Below, one piece after another: positions 39,201 through 49,332 of a DNA stretch of 64,000 nt (positions within the stretch are counted from its first letter, which is position 1; each line of letters opens with the position of its first letter). Source of the DNA: a virus. Position numbers and translations under genes: made by a program. The notes under the pieces were generated by a model that worked only from the letters and a program-made list of their open reading frames with translations, was not told where the DNA came from and did not search any database. The stretch covers positions 32,001 through 96,000 of IMG/VR virus record IMGVR_UViG_3300032296_003714. One strand, written 5' to 3'.

Positions 39201-41269
39201 CAACTAATGTGAATACGGTAAACGCGATGGCGTGTAGAAGGATTGTGATATCATCAATAAATGTTCAACAAAAAACACCTGTTGCTCAAAATCCGGCAAA
39301 TTCTAACCAACCAATAGTTACCTCTCAAAATGGAACCACTAATGTTGTACAGAATACAAATTCCAATAGAAGTCTACCAACAAAGAACCTTTCAAAAAAA
39401 GTCTTAAGGTTGTTGTTGTCTGAGTGTGATTACTTTGAAAGTATTAAGGAGTATACACCAATGGTTTATGATAACCTTAAAGAAAAATTAAAATTTTTCA
39501 ATCCCGCATTCCACTCAACAACCCCAGAAGGGCTAAACTCAAGATTAACTTTTTTAAATCAATGTTTAAGGCCTGGTGAAACTATACCAGTTGTTAAAAG
39601 TGTTAATGGGAAGGAAACATTACAATATAACAATTCGGTAAATACCGCATTTGGTGCACCTCCTGTTTTAGTTTTGAGAGTTGGTGATTTTTATAATACA
39701 AAAATAATACCCGACAATTTGGCAATAACATATGAAGGATTGGATTTGAACCCTGAAGGTATTGGTGTACAACCCATGATTGCCAATATCACATTGAGCT
39801 TCAAGTTTGTCGGAGGTAGCGGAATAAAAGACGCTGTGGACAGATTACAAAACGCTCTTTCATTCAACTACTATGCAAATACTGAAGTTTATGATGATAG
39901 GGCAGATGTTACTGATAAGAGTTTAGAAGATTTAGATACTCTGTTTGCTTCAATATATAATCCAACACAACCACCACCAACAACAAATGAGGTTCAAAAT
40001 AATGACGGTCAGAAGAACGGAGGAACCATCGGAGAAGTTTTATCAACTACAACAACAGAATCAGGAACTACAGGACAAATATCATACACCAAGTTTTTCT
40101 CTACTTTGTCTGATAAAACACAAGAATATTTCAGAAATGTTTTAAATAAAAATAAAGAAGTTTTATCACAATATAATGAAGGGGTTAGACAAATGTTCAC
40201 CTTCACAAGAAATTATACAAAGGGTCAGATACTAGGTTTAGGTAATGCGGAATATGGGTATATTTTTGGAAAACCCGCAAATTACCAATCTAACATGGAT
40301 AGTGTTTTTTCTGGTTTGTTATCAGATATACAACAAGATGACGATGAATTTATAGATTTTATGTCTAAAAAAGGATTTTCAAATAAAGCTATGAGGGCGT
40401 TAAAGACTAATTATAAAAATTATGTAAGTCAAAAACAATCAACTTATTTGAATGCTCTAAGTAAAACAATACAAGATTTTACACTATTACAACAAAACTA
40501 TGTTATGGAAATTGCTAAATTAAATGCAATAACATTTGGTAGAGTCGTGGGTCTTAATACTAAAGTTTCAGGAACTGACGGTTATCAAGAGAAAAATAAT
40601 AATACTGTTACTTATTTTACAACTGGGGACTCATTTTCAAATCTTACTAAAGACGGGGTTACACTTAGAACTTCATTAGGTCAATTTGCAATTGAGTGTG
40701 AAAAAACAATTTCTTTTGGAAAAGAAAACTATAGAAATCAATTAGTCAGACCGAACAATGAAAAATTCGTTAAAGACAACATTTTCAAACAAGTAAGTGG
40801 TAATGGGAAGTTCGCTAGTGCAAATTTCCAAAGAGAGTATGTAATATTGAGTAATGAAGTTGTTGATATAAACAAATATAGTGCATTCAAAAGTTTTTTA
40901 ATTAATGATATATTGAATACAAAATCACTTATGGAAAATGGAAATACTAATATAAGCGAAATGTTTGATGAATATTGGACTGGTCAAGTAAGACCAATTT
41001 TTGAAAAAGAAAACAAAGCGGCTTTAGAATTTCTTGATTATTTAGAAACCAATACACTTAAAGATTATATTAACTATACTGCTTTAAAGGGACAGAGTGA
41101 CAAAACTCTTTTCTATAGTAATCAACAAGACGCTAATGAAGACTCTCTGAAAAATAAAAGAAAAGATGTTATTAATTCATTAGGAAAGTCAAGTAATAGT
41201 AATACAATTAAAAGTACTTTTAACGACGTGGAAGGTTCGATAAACATAACTAAAGTGAAACTAAACTAA
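36299..41269 (+). CDS. Large baseplate / tube-initiator-like structural protein with a degenerate OmpA-C-like domain
   Basis: IGRPEPVYTYSNTRRTGSLSW and APPVLVLRVGDFYNTKII resemble tube-initiator motifs; position after the tape measure gene. Confidence 0.55.
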   Translation: MASPLLVTSEVFRKKILVKNLTPYNKSPRKIVPPVDYPTNISDLAVKDSPDDLIDTPIFAKELYTKNQYGAEGGYKQVPDPGALLNTKSNEGEYGPGQQDAKILDQGFSESKKWKPLNAYANGPTVVDSAEAFSTLDIVYPNGGRTPNGQPYPTTFNPSSYSPVSILLTSDPQGSNGLLSADSYIARLGATVLRKEFETRIGNEIRQNTIARANIFNVRSGTDLLNIVTGRVPLIQPDYRITVPANPILAATDFALRLAGSILPVSPIVGSYWDTSINSGQPTTIQQLTNAFKRSGTGKFFSRVLGFNKTGSQLFLNNTGGGQKSRLFDNLDYNKYKPNYTRTILDRLGGAIVGTTSTVSNYYIGSITSDPSRILSPGGDVPVDSFAREVSTPVYGPTELAQLYEGPSRSSRLGANGPSYGNGGGVEGGFTWVSPKYKGNAGKKVGIGGEIIQQDEDFKPSSYNSTESTNSEFRDGSILDDTQRLIDSQPSGGRRLQHVGNAIDQVSKVFHDGYKEITKGSQVIKYTGAIGQEVGYEYCRVFTKDVPYLQYNDLQKVDGITTSGRKISYSVLDNTYNLNIFPNKKDSAGNSTNLVGDNENTYYAKKYMFSLENLAWRTSSTPGYTVSDLPVCERGPNGGRVMWFPPYDLKFSETNTASWKDSSFIGRPEPVYTYSNTRRTGSLSWKIVVDHPSVLNLIVNKVLNNETNNSRIDNMINSFFAGCLKYDLYELAEKYPLANPNELYNIQRELDAGKLSKEQVQTVKNTLTTGNESPTGQEMSVKSNVDLNTNNIQTALTGIGFYFENEEPDNSSSSFSSLYDTYILRKPVIIDQSPTVTDPYNSGPQQVSTFFNNVVQWNYEQFNKNLTDIYNGFNSGNIEKVIFNLAGTTSSSTNRQYNNRVNSNRIESIKTYIKNYKPGGAQKTLGQISESRITYVTAASESSVRTKSSSGYGESYNCGEKDTKKTDSTNVNTVNAMACRRIVISSINVQQKTPVAQNPANSNQPIVTSQNGTTNVVQNTNSNRSLPTKNLSKKVLRLLLSECDYFESIKEYTPMVYDNLKEKLKFFNPAFHSTTPEGLNSRLTFLNQCLRPGETIPVVKSVNGKETLQYNNSVNTAFGAPPVLVLRVGDFYNTKIIPDNLAITYEGLDLNPEGIGVQPMIANITLSFKFVGGSGIKDAVDRLQNALSFNYYANTEVYDDRADVTDKSLEDLDTLFASIYNPTQPPPTTNEVQNNDGQKNGGTIGEVLSTTTTESGTTGQISYTKFFSTLSDKTQEYFRNVLNKNKEVLSQYNEGVRQMFTFTRNYTKGQILGLGNAEYGYIFGKPANYQSNMDSVFSGLLSDIQQDDDEFIDFMSKKGFSNKAMRALKTNYKNYVSQKQSTYLNALSKTIQDFTLLQQNYVMEIAKLNAITFGRVVGLNTKVSGTDGYQEKNNNTVTYFTTGDSFSNLTKDGVTLRTSLGQFAIECEKTISFGKENYRNQLVRPNNEKFVKDNIFKQVSGNGKFASANFQREYVILSNEVVDINKYSAFKSFLINDILNTKSLMENGNTNISEMFDEYWTGQVRPIFEKENKAALEFLDYLETNTLKDYINYTALKGQSDKTLFYSNQQDANEDSLKNKRKDVINSLGKSSNSNTIKSTFNDVEGSINITKVKLN

Positions 41270-41592
41270 TGGGATTTCCTTATTATAATAGATATTCGAC
41301 CTTCTTAATAAATGGAGAACAGACAGTGGTTCCCTATGTTCCAGTACCCAATAAAACGAGCGATAAGACTTATATATATAAAGTAGGTAAAAGTAGGTTG
41401 GATAAAGTCTCACAAGAATTTTATGGTACACCGTATTTCGGATGGTTGATATTACAGGCAAACCCACAATATGGTGGTTTAGAAAATTATATTTATGACG
41501 GTGCTATATTGACAATCCCATTTCCTCTCATACCATCTTTACAAGATTATAAAGGAGCATTAGAAAACTATTTCTATTATTATGGCAGATAA
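41269..41592 (+). CDS. LysM-like baseplate wedge protein (gp53/gpX-like)
   Basis: RLDKVSQEFYGTPYFGWLILQANP...GAILTIP. Confidence 0.75.
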   Translation: MGFPYYNRYSTFLINGEQTVVPYVPVPNKTSDKTYIYKVGKSRLDKVSQEFYGTPYFGWLILQANPQYGGLENYIYDGAILTIPFPLIPSLQDYKGALENYFYYYGR

Positions 41593-44500
41593 TTTTTTAT
41601 CGGACAACAGTGGTAACATATTGGTCGAGTTTGATTATAACAATATTATTATTGTTGACCCAAACAAAACAATAGACAGCCAAGGTAAAACTCAGGAAAG
41701 ACTGGTTGACCATGAAAATTTGGTTATGTTTGTCAACTTAGAGGCTGAGGTGTTACCTAGAACAAAATTGGCGGTTGGGGGTAGTCCTCAAAATGTTGCT
41801 ACAACAGTATCGATTGCAAAAATTAATTTTTTAGCACCAAATAAGGATAATTATTTTTCTACACAATATTATGATGAGTTAACAGGTTTGAATACAAATA
41901 ATGGTACGGGACAAAATCAAACAACTGAAACACTAGAAAATAATCCAAACAACAAACGACCTTACATTAAGACATCCGTTGTAACTAATGGTGTTGATGG
42001 TACGATAGACAATGGGTTATTGGGTATTACAAGTATAAATGTAAGATTAGGAACATCTTTTATACCGACAGTAGATGTAGAATTGGAGGATGTACAAGGA
42101 AGGGCGTTGTTCCAACTTGGAGATAATTCACCATATGCTGCATTTTTCAATTTACCATATCCACCATTTTATTTAACAATAAAAGGGTATTATGGGCAAG
42201 CGGTAAGATACCAACTTAATCTTGAAAAATTTAATGCAAGGTTCAACTCTTTTAGTGGGAACTACCAAGTGTCATTAAAGTTTCAAGGATATAAGTTCAA
42301 TATTTTGAATGAAATTGAGATGGGGAGCTTGTTTGCAACCCCACACATGTATTCAACAAGATATGATATCTCAAGTGGTTCTAATCCAAGAGTTAATACT
42401 TCGATAAATTCACAATCAACAGGAACAACACCTATTTTAAATTCAAATGATACTCAAGTTAATGTTGAGTCAATTGTAACTGAAAGGGGATATGAAAAAA
42501 TACTTGAGGTATACAGTGAATATAAGGCTAAAGGTATATTGGCTGCTGATTTTCCTGAGTTAACATTGGCTCAGTTTATGTATAAGATAGATTTGTTTGA
42601 AACAAATGTATTGGAAACATATCCAAAGGCAAATGTCCAACCATTGACTGATTGTAGAAAATACAAGGCATTATTGAAAGAATATTATGGGAAGGTTTAC
42701 CAAGATTCAAATTCTTGGTTTAATAAATGGATGAATCCAAAACCACTAATAGGAAATCAGGACCAAATGTATTATGTGTTCAAAGACTTTACAGCGGCAG
42801 AAAAAACTACGGCACAGGCAGAACTAAAAAATATTCTTAACACATACAGAATAAAACTTGACGAGTCAGGTGTATTAGGAAGTGGAGGAAGGTCACCCGT
42901 TGAAAACAGTATACAAATTACAGATATCATCTTAAATAATTTCAACTTTCAGGCAAATATAAACGAACAAAAAACTATACAATCAATTACAGGGATTGTT
43001 AGACCTAGTCCCGATTCTGAAGCATTTATTAAGGCAAGAGAAATCATATCACAATTATATAAAGTTACATTTGTTACTGACCAGACAAATTCTGTAAGTG
43101 TACAATCAGTGAGCAAATTAGATTTTTTATTAGAACCCATTTTTCAGTTTAGTGAGTTTACAAATAAAATACAAACGATGGAGGCCGAGGCTAATAGAAA
43201 ATTAGGTGAGTATGAGACTTTAATTACTGAAGATTTAGCAAAAAAACTCGAAGACGACAGGTTAGGTATTGGATTTCTACCAACGGTAAGAAATGTTAGT
43301 GCAATAATAATGGCTTCAGCTGAAGGTTTCATTAGACTAATGGACGAGGTACATACGAAGGCTTGGAATAAAAGAAATGATGATGTAAGAAGGAGGGTTA
43401 TTCTACAAAATACTTCTTCGGCGCCTGCTTCAGATGCAAAAAACCTTGCACAAAAAATTCCGTCAGAGCAAACCACACAATCACAAATACCGGTGTACCC
43501 GTGGCCACAATTCTTTGTTGAAACACCTGATGATAAAAAAGGTAGATTCCAACTCAGATATTTGGCGGACCCGTCTGTTGTTTCACTAACTGCAGGAAAT
43601 AGATATGATGTGTGGCCTGAGGTTGAGTTTGTTGAAGAATATTTAAAAGGACTGACTCAAAAATTTGACCCTCCAATATCGCAACCACCATCAAATAGCT
43701 CAAGTATAACTAACTTAATTAATATTAACGCTATTGAATTTCCGCAAAACAATTTAGCATATAGAAATAAAGAAGAAATTAAATTCTTCTATGAAATATA
43801 TGAAAGACAATTTGTTACTGCTCATTATTCGGGACTTAGTAGAATTAAAGATGATAATCCATATTTAACTGCGTTATTAGATTCGATAAAAGATTATGAG
43901 AGTCAAAATATTGTAAGTAGCTTAAGTATCAATAACCCAACACTAACCAGCAACTTAAAAAATTATGTATTCAATTCTACAAATTATGTAGAAAGACTTA
44001 GAGAATTTTCTAACAACGGAACAGGAAGAAGTTACCAAGACTTTATTAGAGATTTCTTTGTCACACCTTATCTTAGAACATTGACGGATAAATCATTTTC
44101 AATTCTAAATTTAGAAAATGAAGGGGCGATACCGCAAAATAATTTAGCTAAAGTTGCAACTCAAATCCAAGAAGTTTTGGATAAAGCTCCTAATACAACG
44201 ACGGTAATGGATACATATCCATTTACAGATAATTCTTGGGTTTCTAAAAACATGGTACAAATTGATAAAAACCAAGGAGGACTGGTTTTTAATACAAACA
44301 AAACATTAAAGGTTTACAAACCAAGAAATGTAATATCTAATTTTACGGGTATGACGGATTATAAATCCGCAAGACCAGTTACAAATTTCAATTATACTTT
44401 ACCAATATCAACATTAGTTGACCCAACCGCTTTTGATTATAAAAGAAGTGCCTCACAACTTATACCAACAGAGGGTTATATGAGAACAATAGTCCCTGCG

Positions 44501-47500
44501 GTTAACAACCTGAATGTACCTCAGATACCCGAACTAACAACAACATCTATTTTTAATACACCGTTTTTTATAAATGCAATTAGTGAAGGTGTTGATAACA
44601 ATAAAAAAGATAGTAAGTATCCTTATAAATCTGCGGCATATCTTTTCTTGAACTCATTACCTTTAATTTCGCTAAGAGAATTGTTGAAAACTAAAGGTGA
44701 TAATGGTTCTTATCTTGAAAACGATTATATGTTTGCATCACTTAAAAAATTTGGTGCAATTCACAAACTTCCTTACGCATGGATACTAAAGATGGGCTCA
44801 ATTTGGCACAGATATAAAACATATAAACAAGAAAATGTAGATATATTGGGCGGTGTTTGGGGTGATTTTAATTATATCAATAGTTATGACCCGATAACAA
44901 ACAACCCATCTAAAATATATTCATATATTGATTCTTCAGGAAAAATACAAGAAATACAATTAGCAAATACTGTTAACAATGTCAGTACAACAAACGTTGG
45001 ATTTTATCCAAAACTAATTAACGATTTTAATTATTTCTATAATGGGTTTAATTTATTTAGTGGATACACAAATGAGGAGTTACAATCGGCCGTAGAAAAG
45101 AAAGGATTAAAAATTTTCAATATAACTAATTCTAATATTAGTAATGTTAAAGGAGGTAATAACACTTTCAATCTTACCACATGGTCAGTTATGGTACCTG
45201 TTACGGATATCACTGTAAATATTGAAGATTGTAAACCAACTACAACAACTACAACATCTAATTTATTAATAATCCCATCTTTCGGTTCAACAATTAATGA
45301 AACTAAAACCGCTTTGGTTTATAACTCAGAAATGGCAGAAGGAAAGGCGTTTAACGGAAACCCTTCAGTGTTTAATGGTTCTTGTAGACTTTTTTGGAAA
45401 TCACCAAACTACGGATATTTTGATTCAACATTGGCAAGAAAACCTGAACCTGATGAATACATGAATCAAATCAGACAAGATATTAACGAATTGTCTCCAT
45501 TTAGATTCTTAGGCGACGGTCAATATAGCAAAATAGATGATATATTTTCTGTTTTCAATAAAAGAATATTAGACTTGTTTGAGGAAGAGTTTTTGTATTT
45601 TTGTAAACCCTTAACTGATATAGAATTAGGACCAAAGACAGTTGTTTCATATAACGGCGTAAGGTCAAATAAAGACGATGTTTTCAGGAATTTCCAATAT
45701 TTTATGAGAAACATGATGAAAGTACCGGCACAGGGTACTCAGTCACTTCAAGATGTTTTCTTAAATAATATAAACAATCAAGCGGATGTGATACAAAATC
45801 AAATTGCATCCTTTTTAGAATATGATGTTTTATTTAGATTTGGAAATCCGTCAAATTATAATGAAAGAATATTTAATTCATTTGCGTCGTACACCACTCC
45901 TTTTCCTGTGGTAGTTGACCCAATACAATTTGAACCATATGAAATTGATAGTTTACCATCTTCTTCTGGTGGGATAACACTTACACAATCAAAACAAAAA
46001 TATTCTAAGGCTTGGAGAGAATTAGAGTTGCAAGTTGGTTTTTCTACAATAGAACAATTAAGATATAAAGATAGTGGTTCTTATATTACTGACTTTTTCA
46101 TTGACAATAATATCAAATTTACCGTTGATAACATTACCATATTAGCACCAATAATAAAAATATATGCCACACAAAAATTAATAAATCCAACAATAACTAG
46201 GTCACAGTTCACTACTCTTTTGGGACAAAACGAGGCAGTTGCAAAGGCGTTACAAGATAAGATTTTGAATGGTGTTATGGATAAAGTTAGAACAAACCTA
46301 CCAAATCAAAGCCAAGTTATACAAACTACAAATCAAAGTGCTTTTGATGGAGAACAAGGTAAGGTAGAAACTTATGAAAAATTCAAAGCGTTAAATGATA
46401 AATGGATTGCTGGTGGTGATTTTACAAATAAAACTTATTTTGAAGACATATTGTTTCTAGACAGAGCTTCAAGAAATATTGGAAATACATTACTCATTGA
46501 TGTTTTTGAATTAAAGAAAATGTTGAATAAAAAAGCTGCCGAAAGTAGTTTAACCATGAGTGTATATACATTCTTGTCGGGGCTTTTAATAAATAGTAAT
46601 TTTGTCGTTATGAACCTTCCAGCTTATGTGAATTTTTATAATGTGCAAGATGTAGACGGTGTTCAATTGAGAAAACCCGAAGGAACATTAGAATTTGCAA
46701 ATAATTTATGGGGTACTTTCTTAAGTGTGGATTATAAGACATCGGGACCTAAAATGGTTTGTTTTTTCACAGGTAAACCCTCTCAATACTTAGATTTACC
46801 CGATAACAAATATTATGGATTCAGGAATGATGGTTTTGATATGAGGAGAACTTCTGAAGTCCCTCTATTAGAAAATTTGGAAAATAAACAAGATTGGGCA
46901 ATATCAAACAGATGTGTTGGTTTTGCTGTGGATATTGGCATAAGAAATCAAAATATATTTTATTCATTTACAGTAGGTCAAGAAAATGGTAAAGCAACTG
47001 CAGAATCTTTGAATGCACAATATAATATGTCTACACAAGCGGCAGGTGTAAATGTTGCAACACAGAATGTAGGATTATATAATATGTATAAACAAAGGAG
47101 TTATCCATGTACTGTTACTGCTTTAGGAAATGCAATGATACAACCAACAATGTATTTCAACCTTAGACATGTGCCTATGTTTAATGGTCCATATCTGATA
47201 CAAGATGTAGTACATTCGATATCACCAGGAAATTTCCAAACTCAATTTACAGGAACAAGACAAGGTATATTTGACCTACCACAAATCGACAAATATCTAC
47301 AGAGTATTAATAGAAATCTACTTACCAAGTTGGAGGCTATTGTTAAGAATAGAAAAGAGCAGGTAGATAATATAGCAATAACTGACGCACAAAAAGCTGC
47401 TAATACACAAAGTAATGCTAACAATTCGGCTTCCACGGAAAATTCATGTGCCGCAATTACATCGTATCTCAATGAAGGATTTGAGAGTGTTAAAGTAACT

Positions 47501-48355
47501 GCAACAACTGAAAACCCACAAACCATGTATAATGAGATTGTTAAGGTTCTTAAGCAAAATAGTCCTGTAGCTACGATTGACAATCAAATGCTTAAAGTGA
47601 TGTACTCAATATGTTACGTAACAAATTATAAAGATAATGTATTCAATGGTTACTCTAATAACTATTCAACACCAATTAATCTTAAAAATAATTTTTCACC
47701 AACATATAAAACACCTAGTGGAGGAATTCAGTATTTCAACAAAACATATAGTTGTGTTAAAGTTAGTGACAAGGAACAATTGCCTGTTGCAAACTTTGAT
47801 ACCTTGAATGATTTCGTATCTTTCTTATATGCTAGATTAAAACCTAACCAAAAGTTAATAACTAAAGAAGGTTTATGGAAATATTATAATTGTGATTATC
47901 CAAGGGTTGGTTACGTTTCTAAATCAGCCTTTGAAAGTACAAAATTAACTAGTACGAATTATCAAAACACATTAGTAAGATTAACTGAAGGGGTTGAGAG
48001 TCTTAGAAAATTTGGTGTTGATGTTACAGACATAAAAGAATTAATAAGTGGAACAACTGTAACTGCGGAACTGGCTAAAAATGCAAAATGTCCACCACCT
48101 ACAATTATTGACTTTTATCCTAAATCAGCGTTCACGGGGGATACTGCACCACTAATTACAATAACAGGAACTTCACTTTACGGTAGCACTCAGGTATTCT
48201 TAAGTGGAATTACAGGTACAGTTAACTCAAAAACAAATACAGATACCGTTGTTCAGTTTGTACCGAGACAAAAAGTAACAGGTAAAATTAAAGTTAAAAC
48301 TCAATACGGTGAAGTAGAAAGTAAAGAAGATTTTGTATTTAGGTCTACTCAGTAA
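41582..48355 (+). CDS. Very large baseplate hub protein (gp27/gpD-like termini) with a C-terminal IPT/TIG domain
   Basis: N-terminal LGITSINV...VELEDVQG..LF...FYLTIKGYYG; CTVTALGNAMIQP...GPYLIQDVVHSISPGNFQTQFTG; C-terminal PTIIDFYP...ITITGTSL...TGKIKVKT. Confidence 0.6.
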   Translation: MADNFLSDNSGNILVEFDYNNIIIVDPNKTIDSQGKTQERLVDHENLVMFVNLEAEVLPRTKLAVGGSPQNVATTVSIAKINFLAPNKDNYFSTQYYDELTGLNTNNGTGQNQTTETLENNPNNKRPYIKTSVVTNGVDGTIDNGLLGITSINVRLGTSFIPTVDVELEDVQGRALFQLGDNSPYAAFFNLPYPPFYLTIKGYYGQAVRYQLNLEKFNARFNSFSGNYQVSLKFQGYKFNILNEIEMGSLFATPHMYSTRYDISSGSNPRVNTSINSQSTGTTPILNSNDTQVNVESIVTERGYEKILEVYSEYKAKGILAADFPELTLAQFMYKIDLFETNVLETYPKANVQPLTDCRKYKALLKEYYGKVYQDSNSWFNKWMNPKPLIGNQDQMYYVFKDFTAAEKTTAQAELKNILNTYRIKLDESGVLGSGGRSPVENSIQITDIILNNFNFQANINEQKTIQSITGIVRPSPDSEAFIKAREIISQLYKVTFVTDQTNSVSVQSVSKLDFLLEPIFQFSEFTNKIQTMEAEANRKLGEYETLITEDLAKKLEDDRLGIGFLPTVRNVSAIIMASAEGFIRLMDEVHTKAWNKRNDDVRRRVILQNTSSAPASDAKNLAQKIPSEQTTQSQIPVYPWPQFFVETPDDKKGRFQLRYLADPSVVSLTAGNRYDVWPEVEFVEEYLKGLTQKFDPPISQPPSNSSSITNLININAIEFPQNNLAYRNKEEIKFFYEIYERQFVTAHYSGLSRIKDDNPYLTALLDSIKDYESQNIVSSLSINNPTLTSNLKNYVFNSTNYVERLREFSNNGTGRSYQDFIRDFFVTPYLRTLTDKSFSILNLENEGAIPQNNLAKVATQIQEVLDKAPNTTTVMDTYPFTDNSWVSKNMVQIDKNQGGLVFNTNKTLKVYKPRNVISNFTGMTDYKSARPVTNFNYTLPISTLVDPTAFDYKRSASQLIPTEGYMRTIVPAVNNLNVPQIPELTTTSIFNTPFFINAISEGVDNNKKDSKYPYKSAAYLFLNSLPLISLRELLKTKGDNGSYLENDYMFASLKKFGAIHKLPYAWILKMGSIWHRYKTYKQENVDILGGVWGDFNYINSYDPITNNPSKIYSYIDSSGKIQEIQLANTVNNVSTTNVGFYPKLINDFNYFYNGFNLFSGYTNEELQSAVEKKGLKIFNITNSNISNVKGGNNTFNLTTWSVMVPVTDITVNIEDCKPTTTTTTSNLLIIPSFGSTINETKTALVYNSEMAEGKAFNGNPSVFNGSCRLFWKSPNYGYFDSTLARKPEPDEYMNQIRQDINELSPFRFLGDGQYSKIDDIFSVFNKRILDLFEEEFLYFCKPLTDIELGPKTVVSYNGVRSNKDDVFRNFQYFMRNMMKVPAQGTQSLQDVFLNNINNQADVIQNQIASFLEYDVLFRFGNPSNYNERIFNSFASYTTPFPVVVDPIQFEPYEIDSLPSSSGGITLTQSKQKYSKAWRELELQVGFSTIEQLRYKDSGSYITDFFIDNNIKFTVDNITILAPIIKIYATQKLINPTITRSQFTTLLGQNEAVAKALQDKILNGVMDKVRTNLPNQSQVIQTTNQSAFDGEQGKVETYEKFKALNDKWIAGGDFTNKTYFEDILFLDRASRNIGNTLLIDVFELKKMLNKKAAESSLTMSVYTFLSGLLINSNFVVMNLPAYVNFYNVQDVDGVQLRKPEGTLEFANNLWGTFLSVDYKTSGPKMVCFFTGKPSQYLDLPDNKYYGFRNDGFDMRRTSEVPLLENLENKQDWAISNRCVGFAVDIGIRNQNIFYSFTVGQENGKATAESLNAQYNMSTQAAGVNVATQNVGLYNMYKQRSYPCTVTALGNAMIQPTMYFNLRHVPMFNGPYLIQDVVHSISPGNFQTQFTGTRQGIFDLPQIDKYLQSINRNLLTKLEAIVKNRKEQVDNIAITDAQKAANTQSNANNSASTENSCAAITSYLNEGFESVKVTATTENPQTMYNEIVKVLKQNSPVATIDNQMLKVMYSICYVTNYKDNVFNGYSNNYSTPINLKNNFSPTYKTPSGGIQYFNKTYSCVKVSDKEQLPVANFDTLNDFVSFLYARLKPNQKLITKEGLWKYYNCDYPRVGYVSKSAFESTKLTSTNYQNTLVRLTEGVESLRKFGVDVTDIKELISGTTVTAELAKNAKCPPPTIIDFYPKSAFTGDTAPLITITGTSLYGSTQVFLSGITGTVNSKTNTDTVVQFVPRQKVTGKIKVKTQYGEVESKEDFVFRSTQ

Positions 48356-48396
48356 TAATATCTACAGTAACGATATATTTATATAAAAACTATTTT

Positions 48397-48621
48397 ATGG
48401 ATTTAACAAATACTTTGAACGCTTACTTAGGAAAAAAAGTAAGATATAGCGAACAAGATAACGGTGATGGAACAAGAGAAGTGTGTGATTTAGATACTGG
48501 TGATTGTTATGTTGTAAGGGAAAAAGATGGTCTTATTGAAAGAGCCGGACACCAAGTCTATACAAACAGAAAAGTTAAAGTAGAAACTTCAAGAGGAATA
48601 AAACAACTATTAAACGGATAA
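48397..48621 (+). CDS. Hypothetical protein
   Basis: 74 aa, CDLDTGDC motif, TATTTAT upstream. Confidence 0.65.
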   Translation: MDLTNTLNAYLGKKVRYSEQDNGDGTREVCDLDTGDCYVVREKDGLIERAGHQVYTNRKVKVETSRGIKQLLNG

Positions 48622-48623
48622 AA

Positions 48624-49271
48624 ATGGCAATAGATAAAAAAATTATAAGTGAGATACAAAGGTATCATTTTATTAACAATTATTTGAATGAGCAAGACGC
48701 TCCTCCACCTCCACCGGTTCCTGGTGAAGAAGCTGCCGTTCCTCCACCACCAGCTCCTGGTACAGAACCAGCACCTGTTGGAGACACCCCACCTCAAATC
48801 ATAGATGTGGAGGCTGATAGTGAAGTAGAAAAAATAGATGATTCAGGGGAGTCCGAAGAAGCTGGTTCAGATAGTGGAACAGAAGAATTGGAAATTACAG
48901 ACTTAGTAAAATCACAAGAAAACATTGAAACTAAGCAAGAAGAGTATTTCAATAACTTGTTTTCACAAGTTTCAAGTTTAGAATCTAAATTAGGTGAAAT
49001 GGATGCAATTTTAAATAAATTGAATTCATTGGAAGCTAAGATAGAAAAATACAGAGAAAAAACACCACAAGAAAAATTAGAACTAAGAACATATGATTCA
49101 TATCCTTTTAATCAGAAGCTAACAGATTTCTTTGATGATAAAAAAGAGGAGATGGAAAAAACAGGAAAACATGACTATGTTTTAACAAGTGATGATGTAA
49201 CTGACATCAATGACAGGGATATAAAAGATAGTTTTCATTTAAATCCTAATGATGAAGAAGAAAATTATTAA
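48624..49271 (+). CDS. Acidic Pro-rich / coiled-coil hypothetical protein (possible head-internal or scaffold protein)
   Basis: IISE/LNE motifs, poly-Pro and acidic region, then a heptad-rich helix. Confidence 0.6.
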   Translation: MAIDKKIISEIQRYHFINNYLNEQDAPPPPPVPGEEAAVPPPPAPGTEPAPVGDTPPQIIDVEADSEVEKIDDSGESEEAGSDSGTEELEITDLVKSQENIETKQEEYFNNLFSQVSSLESKLGEMDAILNKLNSLEAKIEKYREKTPQEKLELRTYDSYPFNQKLTDFFDDKKEEMEKTGKHDYVLTSDDVTDINDRDIKDSFHLNPNDEEENY

Positions 49272-49272
49272 A

Positions 49273-49298
49273 ATAAAGGTCTCTCAGGAGACCTTTAT
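49273..49298 (+). terminator. Hairpin terminator
   Basis: ATAAAGGTCTC-TCAG-GAGACCTTTAT. Confidence 0.7.
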
Positions 49299-49300
49299 AA

Positions 49301-49332
49301 TTTGACTGAAGTCGAACTTTCAACTATATTTA
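49301..49332 (+). promoter_or_regulatory. Host-RNAP-type promoter of the replication operon
   Basis: TTTG-N20-TATATTTA (Bacteroidota -33/-7 pattern); also reads as TTGACT-N17-TATATT. Confidence 0.6.

Noticed and set aside
35038-47583. Long antisense ORFs inside the tape measure and baseplate genes (for example 35038..35634)
   Set aside because: They are fully nested opposite strong genes, with Ser/Leu/Phe-rich composition typical of shadow frames.
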